Positions 51,453-61,890 of a stretch of DNA of 63,343 bases are shown here, in pieces; position 1 is the stretch's first letter; the number at the start of each line of letters is the position of its first letter. The position numbers and the translations under genes are program-made. The stretch is from Clostridia bacterium (GTDB lineage: Bacteria; Bacillota; Clostridia; UMGS1883): assembly GCA_045660765.1 (NCBI GenBank), contig JAZREK010000070.1, positions 1-63,343 of the forward strand, read 5' to 3'. Below the pieces are notes generated by a model that saw only the letters and a list, made by a program, of their open reading frames with translations, was not told the DNA's origin and did no database searches.

Positions 51453-53734
51453 TGAAAAAGAAGTTTTCGCTTACAGATTTTCTGTGTAAATTTTATGTGC
51501 GCATCCTCCTTTTTGTGATGTACGCGCCGATATTGTTTTTGATTGTGTTCAGTTTTACAAACAATAATACTATCGGTAAATGGGACGGTTTCAGTTTGCA
51601 TCTTTACGTCGCTCTTTTCCGCGATAAAGAGATTATGCAGGCGTGTTACAACACCTTCCTTGTTGCGATTTCTTCCGCTATTGTTTCAACAATACTCGGT
51701 ACACTCGGTGCAATAGGTATTTTTTACAGCGGTAAAAGGTCAAAAGCCGTTATGGAAGGTATCGGTAACATTCCCGTTATGAATGCGGAAATCGTTACGG
51801 CACTTTCTCTTACTATACTTTTCGTTTTTTTTGGTGTGACATTTGATTTTATCACGCTTCTTATCGGTCACGTAGTGCTTACAATTCCTTTTGTAGTGCT
51901 TTCTGTCCGTCCGAAGCTGATGCAGATGAATCCCAATATTTACGAGGCGGCGCTCGACCTCGGAGCAACACCCTCCAAGGCACTTCGAAGCATCGTTCTG
52001 CCGGAAATTTTGCCCGGTGTATTTTCTGGATTTATCCTTTCAATCACACTTTCACTTGATGACTACATCATCACCGCATTCACGAGAGATACGGCATTCC
52101 AGACTCTCAGCACATACGTTTACGGTGTTACAAGTAAAAGCGTCCAGCCCCCTGCGCTTCGTGCGCTTACAACGGTTATTACGCTGATTGCTCTTATAAT
52201 ACTTGTTATTGTAAATGTCAATTCCAAGGAGAATAAAGGTGCAGGAAAGCCGAAGCATACTAACAAGGTCGGTACACGACTCGTCAGTGCATCTGTTTGT
52301 GTTTGTATGATTCTTTTTCTTTGCGCACCGCTTTTCTTTTCTTCTTCGTCTGAAGTTGAAGATGTTAAAGAGGTTGACGTTCTGCGCGTATATAACTGGC
52401 AGGAATATATAAACGAGGGCAAAGATGACGACGGTGCGAAAATCGCCGATTCCGTTATGGAGCTGTGGGAAAAGGATTACGAGGCGCGCACAGGAAAAAA
52501 AGTACGCGTGCAGTACGATACATTTGAAACAAACGAAACAATGCTTAACACTCTGCGTACAGGGAAAACGAGCTATGACCTTGTTTGTCCGTCGGACTAT
52601 GTTATCCAGAAGATGATTCTGGCAACACAAAACGGGGATGATGATGCAATTTCCATTGAAAAGTTTGACGTTTCGAAAATGAAAAACTATACAAAATATG
52701 TTTCCCCCTATATTTCCGATTTGTTTGCAAAAAATGACTGGACAGAATACTCGGTTGCATATATGTGGGGTACTGTCGGCTTCTTGTATAACCCCGACGT
52801 AATTAAAAACGAAGACGTTTCCACGTGGGACCTTTTCTGGAATACGGACTATAAAAACCGTGTTACCTGTAAGGACGTTTCGCGTGATGCATACGTTGTA
52901 GGTTCGCTTTACGTTCAGCGCGAAAAGCTGCGCGAAGCAAACGAAAAATACAAAAACGGCGAAATTGACGCCGAAGAACTGCAAAAAATCGTAAACGACG
53001 TTGCAAACGACACCACCGAAGCCAACATCGAAAATGTCGGAGAAGCTCTTTCCGAAATGAAGAAAAACATTTACGGATTTGAAGTAGACACAGGTAAAAT
53101 CGACATAGTATCAGGTAAAATCGGTGCAAACCTTGCGTGGAGTGGTGACGCTGTTTATGCAATGGATGTTGCCGAAGAGGAGTATGAAAAAGAGCTTTCA
53201 TTCAAGATTCCCGACGAGGGCTCTACAATATGGTTTGATGGCTGGGTGATGCCCAAGGGCGCAAACGTAGAGCTTGCGCAGGATTTTGTTGACTTCTTGT
53301 GTCGTCCCGATATTGCCGTTATGAATATGGATTACATCGGTTACACAAGTGCAATCGCAGGCGATGAGATTTTCGATCTTGTAAAAGAAAATTATGAAGA
53401 CGAAAACGGCAAATACGAATACGACCTTTCGTATTTCTTCAACGGCACTCTTTCCGAGGAGAATTATACAGACGGAAAGGCTATCATAAGAACAAATACT
53501 TTAGGCAGACAGCTGACAACACAGTATCCCTCGCTCGACGAAGTTGCGCGTTGCGGAATTATGGAAGATTTCGGCACGCGAAACTATCAGGTTCTTGAAA
53601 TGTGGACGAGGGTAAAGAGCAACAATATTTCCGTACTTTCGTATTTTATGATGGCATTCCTCGCACTTATGGCAATCGCTATGATCACCAACAAGATTCG
53701 TAAAACACAGAAAAAGAAAAAGAGAAGAAGATGA
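51452..53734 (+). CDS. fused PotC permease / PotD substrate-binding protein with a C-terminal TM anchor
   Basis: The N-terminal ~260 aa are a permease (YEAALDLGATPSKALRSIVLPE). A retained signal-like TM (VCVCMILFLCAPLFF) follows, then a PotD-like domain (LRVYNWQEYI, DLVCPSDYV), and a final TM plus KKKKRRR tail. ATG overlaps the potB stop (ATGA). Confidence 0.85.
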   Translation: MKKKFSLTDFLCKFYVRILLFVMYAPILFLIVFSFTNNNTIGKWDGFSLHLYVALFRDKEIMQACYNTFLVAISSAIVSTILGTLGAIGIFYSGKRSKAVMEGIGNIPVMNAEIVTALSLTILFVFFGVTFDFITLLIGHVVLTIPFVVLSVRPKLMQMNPNIYEAALDLGATPSKALRSIVLPEILPGVFSGFILSITLSLDDYIITAFTRDTAFQTLSTYVYGVTSKSVQPPALRALTTVITLIALIILVIVNVNSKENKGAGKPKHTNKVGTRLVSASVCVCMILFLCAPLFFSSSSEVEDVKEVDVLRVYNWQEYINEGKDDDGAKIADSVMELWEKDYEARTGKKVRVQYDTFETNETMLNTLRTGKTSYDLVCPSDYVIQKMILATQNGDDDAISIEKFDVSKMKNYTKYVSPYISDLFAKNDWTEYSVAYMWGTVGFLYNPDVIKNEDVSTWDLFWNTDYKNRVTCKDVSRDAYVVGSLYVQREKLREANEKYKNGEIDAEELQKIVNDVANDTTEANIENVGEALSEMKKNIYGFEVDTGKIDIVSGKIGANLAWSGDAVYAMDVAEEEYEKELSFKIPDEGSTIWFDGWVMPKGANVELAQDFVDFLCRPDIAVMNMDYIGYTSAIAGDEIFDLVKENYEDENGKYEYDLSYFFNGTLSEENYTDGKAIIRTNTLGRQLTTQYPSLDEVARCGIMEDFGTRNYQVLEMWTRVKSNNISVLSYFMMAFLALMAIAMITNKIRKTQKKKKRRR

Positions 53735-53762
53735 CGGTTTTTCCGTCATCTTTTCTTTTTTT
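53727..53762 (+). terminator. intrinsic terminator overlapping the potCD stop codon
   Basis: gaagatgacgg-ttttt-ccgtcatcttt followed by TCTTTTTTT. Confidence 0.8.
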
Positions 53763-53772
53763 AGCAAAAGTA

Positions 53773-53801
53773 TTGACAAATGAAAACGGTAGTGATATAT
53801 T
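53773..53801 (+). promoter_or_regulatory. sigma-A promoter of the ctsR operon
   Basis: TTGACA, 17 nt, TATATT, with TGa upstream of the -10. Confidence 0.65.
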
Positions 53802-53803
53802 AA

Positions 53804-53826
53804 AGTCAAAGAAAGTCAAAGTCAAA
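53804..53826 (+). promoter_or_regulatory. CtsR operator (heptad direct repeats)
   Basis: AGTCAAA-gaa-AGTCAAA-GTCAAA immediately downstream of the -10. Matches the (A/G)GTCAAA-NAN-(A/G)GTCAAA consensus and adds a third half-site. Confidence 0.8.
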
Positions 53827-53852
53827 TTTAGTCGCAAAGGAAGTGTTTATAT

Positions 53853-54302
53853 ATGAACATGTCGGACATCATCGAAAAAATGCTTATAGATATGCTTAAA
53901 GCATCGGACGGCAACGTTGAAATTCAGCGAAACACACTTGCAGGGGAGCTTAACTGCGTACCAAGTCAGATAAACTATGTTATCCAGACACGCTTCACCC
54001 CCGAACGCGGTTATATCATTGAAAGCCGTCGTGGTGGTGGTGGCGGTGTGCGAATCCGCGCAGTTAAAACTGACCGTTCCACCTACCCGATGCATATTGT
54101 AAACGCGGTTGGGAATACACTTTCCTATCGTACAGCGGCAGTTTTTGTACAGAATCTTCTCGATTACGAATGTATCACCCCACGCGAGGCGCATATAATC
54201 CTCGGCGCAGTAAATGATAAAGTTCTTCCCTTTACGGCGGATATCCGCGACACAGTAAGGGCGAGGATATTCAAGAGTATGATAACGAGTATTGTCAGGT
54301 AA
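53853..54302 (+). CDS. ctsR: class III stress gene repressor CtsR
   Basis: SDIIEKMLIDML..., VPSQINYVIQTRFTPERGYIIESRRGGGGGVRI (Gly-rich loop). Confidence 0.95.
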   Translation: MNMSDIIEKMLIDMLKASDGNVEIQRNTLAGELNCVPSQINYVIQTRFTPERGYIIESRRGGGGGVRIRAVKTDRSTYPMHIVNAVGNTLSYRTAAVFVQNLLDYECITPREAHIILGAVNDKVLPFTADIRDTVRARIFKSMITSIVR

Positions 54303-54314
54303 GGAGGAAATCAT

Positions 54315-54776
54315 ATGCTATGTGAAAAATGTGGCAAGAACAATGCAACAGTTCTCTATACACAAATTATAAACGGCAAAAAAAGCTCGCTCAATCTTTG
54401 TTCGGCGTGTGCGTCGGGCGAATCAATTTTTGATAATTTCGGATCGCTTTTGTCATTCGGCACACGCACGGAAGCAAGACAGAGCGCGTGTCCCACTTGC
54501 GGAATGACTCTTTCCGAGTTTGCCCGCAAAGGGAAAATGGGTTGCGGTAAATGTTACGAAACATTCCGCGCGCAGGCAAAAAGTATGCTTCAGAAAATTC
54601 ACGGCACATCTGTCCACACTGAAGCGAAAACCGAAGCTCCTGCTCCCGAAATCAAAAAAGAGGAAAAGAGCGAACTTGACATATTAAAAGATAAGCTTAA
54701 AGAAGCTATCAATACCGAAAATTACGAAGAAGCGGCAAAAATCCGCGACGAAATCCGCGCAAAGGAGGGTAAGTGA
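54315..54776 (+). CDS. mcsA: McsA (zinc-finger / UvrB-C motif protein, activator of McsB)
   Basis: CEKCGKN..CSAC, CPTCG..CGKCY and C-terminal EEAAKIRDEI. Confidence 0.9.
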   Translation: MLCEKCGKNNATVLYTQIINGKKSSLNLCSACASGESIFDNFGSLLSFGTRTEARQSACPTCGMTLSEFARKGKMGCGKCYETFRAQAKSMLQKIHGTSVHTEAKTEAPAPEIKKEEKSELDILKDKLKEAINTENYEEAAKIRDEIRAKEGK

Positions 54777-55774
54777 TGAATAATATCAACGAAAAAGACA
54801 TCGCCGTTACAACCCGAATCCGCCTTGCGCGAAATATCGAATCGCTTCCCTATCCGCACAAAATGAATCAAAATCAGGCGGCAGAGCTTATAGGAACCGT
54901 ATGGGATGCGTTTTCAAATTCGCCCCTTAAAGAAAACCTTAAAATGTACAAGGTTTCTGAACTGTCCGACGTGCAGAAAAAGGCGCTTATCGAAAAGCAT
55001 CTTATAAGCACGCAGATTTGCGCATCTAAAGTCCCCGCTGCCGTTATTATAAGTGACGACGAAAAAATTTCAATTATGATAAACGAGGAAGACCACCTTC
55101 GCATTCAGGTTTTTGCAGACGGTCTTGATACGGAAAGTGCGTACGATATGGCGAAAAAAGTTGAAACATTACTTTCCGAAAAGCTGACATTTGACAAAGA
55201 TAGCGAGTTCGGTTTCCTTACAAGCTGTCCCACCAATGCAGGTACAGGACTTCGCGCGTCAGTTATGATTCATCTTCCTGCAATCAACACGGCAGGGCGC
55301 GTAAATCCGCTTTTAAAATGGGCGGCAAACCTCGGTATGACCGTGCGCGGACTTTACGGCGAGGGTAGCCGTGCCAGCGGTGCTCTGTTCCAGCTTTCAA
55401 ACCAGATTACCCTCGGCACAAGCGAGGAAGATATCATATCGCGTTTTTCCGCCGCCGCTTGTTCCCTTATCAGCGAGGAACGCCGAATCAGCGCCGAGCT
55501 TTTCGAGAAAAATCCGCTTGAATTAAAAGATAAATGTTTGCGCTCATTGGGTATACTTAAATATGCACATATGATTCCGTCAGGCGAAGCACTTGGTCTT
55601 GTTTCCAATGTTTGCATGGGCGCAAATGCAGGTATAATAAAAAATATAGACGTTTCACAGCTGCGCCGTGCGATGCTTTCAACTATGCCCGCAACGCTCG
55701 TGTCGGATGATGAAAACTTATCCGCTTCCGAGCGCGACATAAAAAGAGCGCAGATTATTCAGAATTCATTATAA
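54773..55774 (+). CDS. mcsB: protein arginine kinase McsB
   Basis: Phosphagen-kinase-like NEEDHLRIQ and CPTNAGTGLRASVM motifs. Confidence 0.9.
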   Translation: MMNNINEKDIAVTTRIRLARNIESLPYPHKMNQNQAAELIGTVWDAFSNSPLKENLKMYKVSELSDVQKKALIEKHLISTQICASKVPAAVIISDDEKISIMINEEDHLRIQVFADGLDTESAYDMAKKVETLLSEKLTFDKDSEFGFLTSCPTNAGTGLRASVMIHLPAINTAGRVNPLLKWAANLGMTVRGLYGEGSRASGALFQLSNQITLGTSEEDIISRFSAAACSLISEERRISAELFEKNPLELKDKCLRSLGILKYAHMIPSGEALGLVSNVCMGANAGIIKNIDVSQLRRAMLSTMPATLVSDDENLSASERDIKRAQIIQNSL

Positions 55775-55787
55775 GGAGGAAAACATA

Positions 55788-58211
55788 ATGGAATTCGAAA
55801 ACAGATTTACACAAAAAGCACAAAAAGCAATTTCGCTTTCACAGAAATGCGCATCCGATACAAATTGCAATTATATAGGGACCGAGCATCTTCTCTACGG
55901 TCTTTTGGCAGAGGGTAGCGGTTTTGCCGCAAAGTACCTCGCTTCTCACAACATCAATCCAGAGGAGCTTTTAGAGAAAATCGAAGGTTTTAACAAGGAT
56001 GCGACTTTTTCGGGTAATTTTGCAGGATTTACGCCGAGAACGAACCGCGCATTACAGCAGTCGGTAGCCGAAGCGCACAAGTTCGGAAGTGCGCATATCG
56101 GTACGGAGCATATTCTCCTTGCGCTCGCGCGTGAACGTGACAGCGTCGCATTTAAAATTTTAATGTCCTTCGGCGCACCGAACAATCTTTACGAAGACAT
56201 CGCCGAGACGCTTGTTGAAGCAACACCGCAATCTCCCAAAAAGAAAAGTGCAGGCGCAGATACCCCGACGCTTAATCAATTCGGACGCGACCTGACCGAA
56301 TTTGCAAAAGCAGGAAAATTCGACCCCGTAATCGGTCGTGAAAAAGAAATAGAAAGAGTTATCCAGATTCTTTCACGCAGAACGAAGAACAATCCCGTTC
56401 TTTTAGGCGAACCGGGGGTTGGTAAAACCGCTGTTGCAGAAGGACTTGCACAAGAGATTGCAAGCGGTAACGTCCCCGAACTTTTAAAAGGCAAAAGAGT
56501 CGTTTCTCTTGACCTTTCAAGTGTTGTTGCAGGAGCAAAATACCGTGGCGAATTTGAAGAACGCCTTAAAAAAGCCGTTGACGAAATTGTAAAAGTCGGC
56601 AACGTAATCCTTTTCGTTGACGAGATGCACACCATAATCGGTGCAGGTGCGGCAGAAGGCGCGATAGATGCGGCAAACATATTAAAACCGTCGCTTGCAC
56701 GCGGCGAGCTTCAGCTTATCGGTGCGACAACTCTTAACGAATACAGAAAATACGTAGAAAAGGATGCCGCACTTGAAAGACGTTTTCAGCCCGTAACGGT
56801 TGGCGAGCCGTCCGTTGAGGAAACTATTGAAATATTAAAAGGCATCCGTGAAAAGTACGAAGCACATCATGGCGTTAAAATCAAGGACGATGCAATCATC
56901 GCCGCCGCAAAAATGAGCAGTTGCTATATCACAGACCGCTTTTTGCCCGACAAGGCGATTGACCTTGTGGACGAGGCGTGCAGTCGGGTGAAGCTTGGTG
57001 CTCTTACCCTGCCTCCTGAAATCAAGGAGCTTGAGGAAGAGCTTGAACGTCTTGCATCCGAAAAGAAAGAGGCAATAAATTCGCAGGATTTTGAAAAAGC
57101 GGCAACACTTCGTGACGAAGAAAAGGAGAAAAGCGAAAAGCTTTCCGCACTGCACGAAGAATGGAAGAACACAAAGACAAGTACATCGGGAGAAATCGGT
57201 GAGGACGAAATTGCTGAAATCGTGTCCGGTTGGACAGGTATCCCCGTCAAGAAGCTTGCTGAGGAGGAGAGCGAACGTCTTCGCAATCTTGAAGATGTAC
57301 TCCACAAACGAGTTATCGGTCAGCACGATGCGGTAACGGCGGTCAGCCGTGCAATCCGCCGTGGCAGAATGGGACTCAAAGATCCCAAGCGCCCGATTGG
57401 CTCATTTATTTTCCTTGGTCCGACGGGTGTCGGTAAGACCGAGCTTTCAAAAGCACTTACCGAGGCACTTTTCGGCGATGAAGATGCGCTTATCCGCGTT
57501 GATATGTCGGAATATATGGAAAAGCACTCCGTTTCAAAAATGGTTGGTTCACCTCCCGGATATGTCGGTTTTGACGAAGGCGGTCAGCTTACCGAAAAGG
57601 TGCGCAGAAAACCATACAGCGTAATTCTTTTTGACGAAATCGAAAAAGCACATCCCGACGTGTTCAACATTTTGTTGCAGATACTCGACGACGGTATTTT
57701 AACCGATAGTCAGGGCAGACGCGTAGACTTCAAAAACTGCGTTATAATAATGACAAGCAACATCGGTGCAAGAAATATCACAGAACCGAAATCGCTCGGT
57801 TTTGCATCGGCAAGCGACAACCACGCAGAAATTAACAAAAACATCAAAAACAACGTTATGGACGAACTTAAAAAAGCGTTCCGTCCCGAATTTTTAAACC
57901 GCGTGGATGACACTATTGTTTTTGAACGTTTAAGCGAAGATGAAATCGGACAGATTGCTCTTGTTATGATGGAAGATATCAAGAAACGACTTCTTCAAAA
58001 CGACATCACAATTGAGGTTGACGAAAGCGCATTGAAACTCCTTTCAAAAGCAGGGTTTGACCCCATTTACGGTGCAAGACCGCTTCGTCGTGCGATAACT
58101 TCAAAGGTTGAAGACCTTTTCGCCGAGGAATTGCTCGACGGAAAAATTGCACGTGGTGACAGCGTTATAATAAAAGCAGAAAATGATGAAATAAAAATCG
58201 AAAAAAAGTAA
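55788..58211 (+). CDS. clpC: ATP-dependent Clp protease ATP-binding subunit ClpC
   Basis: Clp N-domain repeats, two AAA+ modules ([18 protein letters not shown]), and a UVR linker [12 protein letters not shown]. Confidence 0.95.
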   Translation: MEFENRFTQKAQKAISLSQKCASDTNCNYIGTEHLLYGLLAEGSGFAAKYLASHNINPEELLEKIEGFNKDATFSGNFAGFTPRTNRALQQSVAEAHKFGSAHIGTEHILLALARERDSVAFKILMSFGAPNNLYEDIAETLVEATPQSPKKKSAGADTPTLNQFGRDLTEFAKAGKFDPVIGREKEIERVIQILSRRTKNNPVLLGEPGVGKTAVAEGLAQEIASGNVPELLKGKRVVSLDLSSVVAGAKYRGEFEERLKKAVDEIVKVGNVILFVDEMHTIIGAGAAEGAIDAANILKPSLARGELQLIGATTLNEYRKYVEKDAALERRFQPVTVGEPSVEETIEILKGIREKYEAHHGVKIKDDAIIAAAKMSSCYITDRFLPDKAIDLVDEACSRVKLGALTLPPEIKELEEELERLASEKKEAINSQDFEKAATLRDEEKEKSEKLSALHEEWKNTKTSTSGEIGEDEIAEIVSGWTGIPVKKLAEEESERLRNLEDVLHKRVIGQHDAVTAVSRAIRRGRMGLKDPKRPIGSFIFLGPTGVGKTELSKALTEALFGDEDALIRVDMSEYMEKHSVSKMVGSPPGYVGFDEGGQLTEKVRRKPYSVILFDEIEKAHPDVFNILLQILDDGILTDSQGRRVDFKNCVIIMTSNIGARNITEPKSLGFASASDNHAEINKNIKNNVMDELKKAFRPEFLNRVDDTIVFERLSEDEIGQIALVMMEDIKKRLLQNDITIEVDESALKLLSKAGFDPIYGARPLRRAITSKVEDLFAEELLDGKIARGDSVIIKAENDEIKIEKK

Positions 58212-58360
58212 AATAATAAAGAGGATGCCTTGTGCATCCTCTCAGACTGTCGAAAAAGTCGGTCAAGCGCAAGCAAAATATAAAAATAAATATTTTTTCG
58301 CAAAGTTTGTTAACTTTCGATAAACTGATAAAAACAGAAAGCCATTGTTAACAACATAAT

Positions 58361-58396
58361 AAAAGCCCTAAAAAATGCAATTTTTCAGGGCTTTTG
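58361..58396. terminator. bidirectional intrinsic terminator
   Basis: aaaagccctaaaaaatgcaatttttcagggctttt. Confidence 0.7.
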
Positions 58397-58605
58397 CTTG
58401 CTTTCGTCCAACACGCCCTCTACCGTACCCTCGTACGCCGACGAGTTCGTGTTGAACAAATTTACCTTCCTTTTTCCTCGTCTGCCAGCGTGCCGATAGG
58501 TTTATCGACACGCTGATAAAGGGGATACACGTTGTGCATCCTCTTGTCTTTTTATAAAACGCGGGAAATTATTGTAAAAAAATAGGAATTTATTAAAAAT
58601 TTTGC

Positions 58606-58634
58606 TTGAAATCGGGCTCAAGGTGTAGTAATAT
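58606..58634 (+). promoter_or_regulatory. sigma-A-type promoter for the pfk gene
   Basis: TTGAAA, 17 nt, TAATAT. Confidence 0.5.
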
Positions 58635-58688
58635 AGGTTAGAATGGATATTTTCGCATATTATCCCTGATGGGAACGGAGGAATATAA

Positions 58689-59807
58689 ATGGCACAGATC
58701 AAAAAAATTGCTATTCTTACCGGTGGCGGAGACTGCCCCGGCCTTAACGCAGTTATACGCGCAGTCGTAAAAACTGCAATAATTAAATACGGACTTGAGG
58801 TTGTTGGTATCCGTAAAGGTTATCACGGTCTTTATCACAGCGACTTTATTCCGCTGACACTTGACAGCGTTCAGGAAATTCTCGGCGAAGGCGGTACAAT
58901 CCTTAAGAGCTCTAACAAGGACAATCTCTTTAAGTATCCCGCACGCGATGAAAACGGTGCTGTTATCAGAAAAGATGGTCAGATTGTTTATCGCGATGCT
59001 TCACTTACAGCAGTTGAAAACCTCAAGAAAGAGGGCATTGACGCACTCTTCATCCTCGGAGGCGACGGCACACTTACAAGCGGACGTGACTTTGCCCGTC
59101 TTGGTGTAAATGTTATCGCTATCCCCAAGACTATCGACAATGACCTTAACTGTACAGATTATACATTCGGTTTTGATACAGCCGTTTCAGTTGCATCTGA
59201 CTGTTTTGACCGTCTCAGAACAACTGCAAAGAGTCACGGTAGAATCATGGTTGCAGAAATTATGGGCCGTGGTGCAGGTTGGCTTACTCTTCACGGCGGT
59301 ATTGCAGGTGCAGCAGACGTTATTCTGCTTCCCGAAATTCCTTTTGACATCAACAAGGTTGCAGCAAAAATCAAGGACGATTTTGCAGAGGGTAAGGATT
59401 TTGCAATCGTTGCAGTAGCTGAAGGTGCTAAGCCCAAGGACGGCGAAATCGTTGTAGCGCGTGTTCGTGAAGACAGCCCCGACCCCATCCGTCTTGGTGG
59501 TATTGCAAAGGTTGTTGCGGATCAGCTTGAAGAACTTTGCAACAATGAAGCGCGTGCAACAATTCTCGGTCACATTCAGCGCGGTGGCTCTACATCTGCA
59601 CATGACAGAGTGCTTTCATCACGTTATGGTTGCGCCGCAGTAGAGCTTGCTATGGAAGGCAAATTCGGCAACATGGTAATCTTAAAGGGCGACAAAATCG
59701 AATACGCATCACTCGAAGATGTTATCGGTCAGGAAAACAAGCAGGTTGACCCCGATTCCGAACTCGTTCAGGTAGCGAGATCTCTCGGTATCTGCTTTGG
59801 TGACTAA
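58689..59807 (+). CDS. pfkA: 6-phosphofructokinase (GGDG-type, probably ATP-dependent)
   Basis: TGGGDCPGLNA, GGDGTL, PKTIDNDL, MGRGAGW and GHIQRGG motifs. Confidence 0.85.
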   Translation: MAQIKKIAILTGGGDCPGLNAVIRAVVKTAIIKYGLEVVGIRKGYHGLYHSDFIPLTLDSVQEILGEGGTILKSSNKDNLFKYPARDENGAVIRKDGQIVYRDASLTAVENLKKEGIDALFILGGDGTLTSGRDFARLGVNVIAIPKTIDNDLNCTDYTFGFDTAVSVASDCFDRLRTTAKSHGRIMVAEIMGRGAGWLTLHGGIAGAADVILLPEIPFDINKVAAKIKDDFAEGKDFAIVAVAEGAKPKDGEIVVARVREDSPDPIRLGGIAKVVADQLEELCNNEARATILGHIQRGGSTSAHDRVLSSRYGCAAVELAMEGKFGNMVILKGDKIEYASLEDVIGQENKQVDPDSELVQVARSLGICFGD

Positions 59808-59818
59808 TTTTATAGATA

Positions 59819-59858
59819 AAAAGGTGTAAAATTTGCGTTTTACACCTTTTTCTTTTTG
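59819..59858 (+). terminator. intrinsic terminator
   Basis: aaaggtgtaaaa-tttgcg-ttttacaccttt followed by TTCTTTTT. Confidence 0.8.
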
Positions 59859-59871
59859 GAGATGATAAATT

Positions 59872-60864
59872 ATGAATATTCGCGAAATGACAGAAAAAAT
59901 TGAAAGAGAGACACTTTCCCCCTTTGCCACTCTTTCCGAAAACACGAGAGGACGCAGAGAGGAAATGCCCCTTTGCGACATAAGAACGGAATTTCAGCGC
60001 GACCGCGATAAAATTTTGCATTCAAAATCTTTCCGTCGACTTAAACATAAGACACAGGTATTTATAACTCCCGAGGGTGACCATTACCGCACACGTCTTA
60101 CACATACGCTTGAAGTTTCACAGATAGCGCGCACTATTGCACGCAGTCTGCGCCTTAACGAAGATTTAGTGGAGGCAATGGCGCTCGGTCACGACATCGG
60201 GCACACTCCGTTTGGTCACGCAGGGGAAGCCGCCCTTGACAAGCTTTGTCCCGGTGGGTTTTCACATTCGCTTCAGTCCATCCGCACGGTAGAAAAGCTT
60301 GAAAACCTCAACCTTACGTGGGAAGTCTTGAACGGAATTGCAAACCATTCGGGTGACGCTGAAAGTGCCACTCTTGAAGGTAAAATACTGAAAATTGCCG
60401 ACAGAATTGCATATATAACTCACGATATTGACGATGCTTGTCGTGCGGGGATTATCGACGAAAAGGACATTCCTCCGTTTATTGGTGATATTCTCGGAAA
60501 AACAAGTGGCGAAAGAATAAACACTCTTGTCCTTGATATCGTAAATTCATCAAGCGGCAAAAACGATATTTTAATGAGCGACGAGGTAGAGGAAGTAATG
60601 ATTCGTCTTCGCACATTCCTTTTCGACCACGTATATATCGGCTCGAAAGCGAAAGAGGAAGAAAAAAAGGTTTCAGGAATAATTGAAGGTCTTTTCAAAT
60701 ACTATTACGAGAATGTTGGCGCGATGCCCCTTTCGCTTCAGGAAATTGCGTGGAAAGACGGTGTTGAAAGGGCAGTATGCGACTATATTGCAGGTATGAG
60801 CGACCGCTTTGCAATATACACTTTCAACGACATTTATGTTCCGCGCTCATGGGACAGAATCTGA
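59872..60864 (+). CDS. dGTPase-family HD-domain triphosphohydrolase-like protein
   Basis: FQRDRDKILHSKSFRRLKHKTQVF, RTRLTHTLEVSQIAR and HDIGHTPFGH. Confidence 0.85.
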   Translation: MNIREMTEKIERETLSPFATLSENTRGRREEMPLCDIRTEFQRDRDKILHSKSFRRLKHKTQVFITPEGDHYRTRLTHTLEVSQIARTIARSLRLNEDLVEAMALGHDIGHTPFGHAGEAALDKLCPGGFSHSLQSIRTVEKLENLNLTWEVLNGIANHSGDAESATLEGKILKIADRIAYITHDIDDACRAGIIDEKDIPPFIGDILGKTSGERINTLVLDIVNSSSGKNDILMSDEVEEVMIRLRTFLFDHVYIGSKAKEEEKKVSGIIEGLFKYYYENVGAMPLSLQEIAWKDGVERAVCDYIAGMSDRFAIYTFNDIYVPRSWDRI

Positions 60865-60926
60865 TTGACAGAAAACTTTAAATATATTAAAATATATTTA
60901 AGACTACTTACAAAGGAGATATTGCT

Positions 60927-61847
60927 ATGTATATAGGTGTCGATATAGGCGGAATGAGTATTAAGGCAGGCATTGTAAATGAGGACGGAAAAATCCTTAC
61001 AAAATGCGCCATTCCCACTCCATGTAATGATGACGACGCTTTCAGCCATGCAATGATTGAATGTGTTAAAAAAGCTATGGCACAGGCAAAAATCACAGCT
61101 GACGATATAAAGGCTATCGGTATCGGTTCACCCAGTGTTGTTGACCGCGAAAAGGGACTTCTTATCGAGGCCGAAAATATCGGTTTCACCACCATTTACG
61201 CGCGCGATGTTCTGCAGAAGGAACTTGGCGATATTCCCGTTTTCGTGGATAACGATGCCAACTGTGCGGCGCTCGGCGAATATTACAGCAGTACTAACAA
61301 GTCCGACAATTTCCTTTTCATAACACTCGGTACAGGTATCGGCGGTGGCGTAATAATCAACAAAAAACTTTACATAGGCACTAATGGTGCTGCAGGCGAA
61401 ATCGGTCACGTTGTTACCCACGCAGGCGGACGCCAGTGCAATTGCGGAAGACGCGGTTGCTGGGAAACATACGGTTCGGTAACAGGTCTTATAAACACCA
61501 CTATCGAGCATAAGGACGAGATCAAAACACTTCCTGAAGGGGAAAGAATCTCGGGAAGAACTGTTTTCACCCTTGCGAAAAACGGTGACAAGGACGCAGA
61601 GCGTGTTCGCGATATATGGATTGAAGATGTTGCTGTCGGTGTTGTAGATATGATAAACATTTTCCAGCCCGATGAAATTGTAATCGGTGGTGCTATCTCG
61701 GCAGAGGGCGAAACACTTATCGCACCTATCCGCGAATATGCAAGAAAGTACGCATTCGGTGCGGACACAATCGGTATTCCCGAAATTTCAGCATCCACAA
61801 TCGGCGGTGATGCAGGTATCATCGGCGCGGCATTTTTAGGAAAGTAA
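60927..61847 (+). CDS. glcK: ROK-family glucokinase
   Basis: IGVDIGGMSIKAG, ITLGTGIGGG, and the ROK zinc motif GHV..H..GRQCNCGRRGCWE. Confidence 0.9.
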   Translation: MYIGVDIGGMSIKAGIVNEDGKILTKCAIPTPCNDDDAFSHAMIECVKKAMAQAKITADDIKAIGIGSPSVVDREKGLLIEAENIGFTTIYARDVLQKELGDIPVFVDNDANCAALGEYYSSTNKSDNFLFITLGTGIGGGVIINKKLYIGTNGAAGEIGHVVTHAGGRQCNCGRRGCWETYGSVTGLINTTIEHKDEIKTLPEGERISGRTVFTLAKNGDKDAERVRDIWIEDVAVGVVDMINIFQPDEIVIGGAISAEGETLIAPIREYARKYAFGADTIGIPEISASTIGGDAGIIGAAFLGK

Positions 61848-61890
61848 GCATACGGAATTCGGCTTCCGCGTGCTTGAGAGGAGATAAATT

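Noticed and set aside
58221-58241. The hairpin gaggatgc-cttgt-gcatcctc considered as the clpC intrinsic terminator.
   Set aside because: It has no downstream U-run, so it was not annotated as a terminator. The convincing terminator is at 58361-58396, and the hairpin may only be a 3'-end stabiliser.
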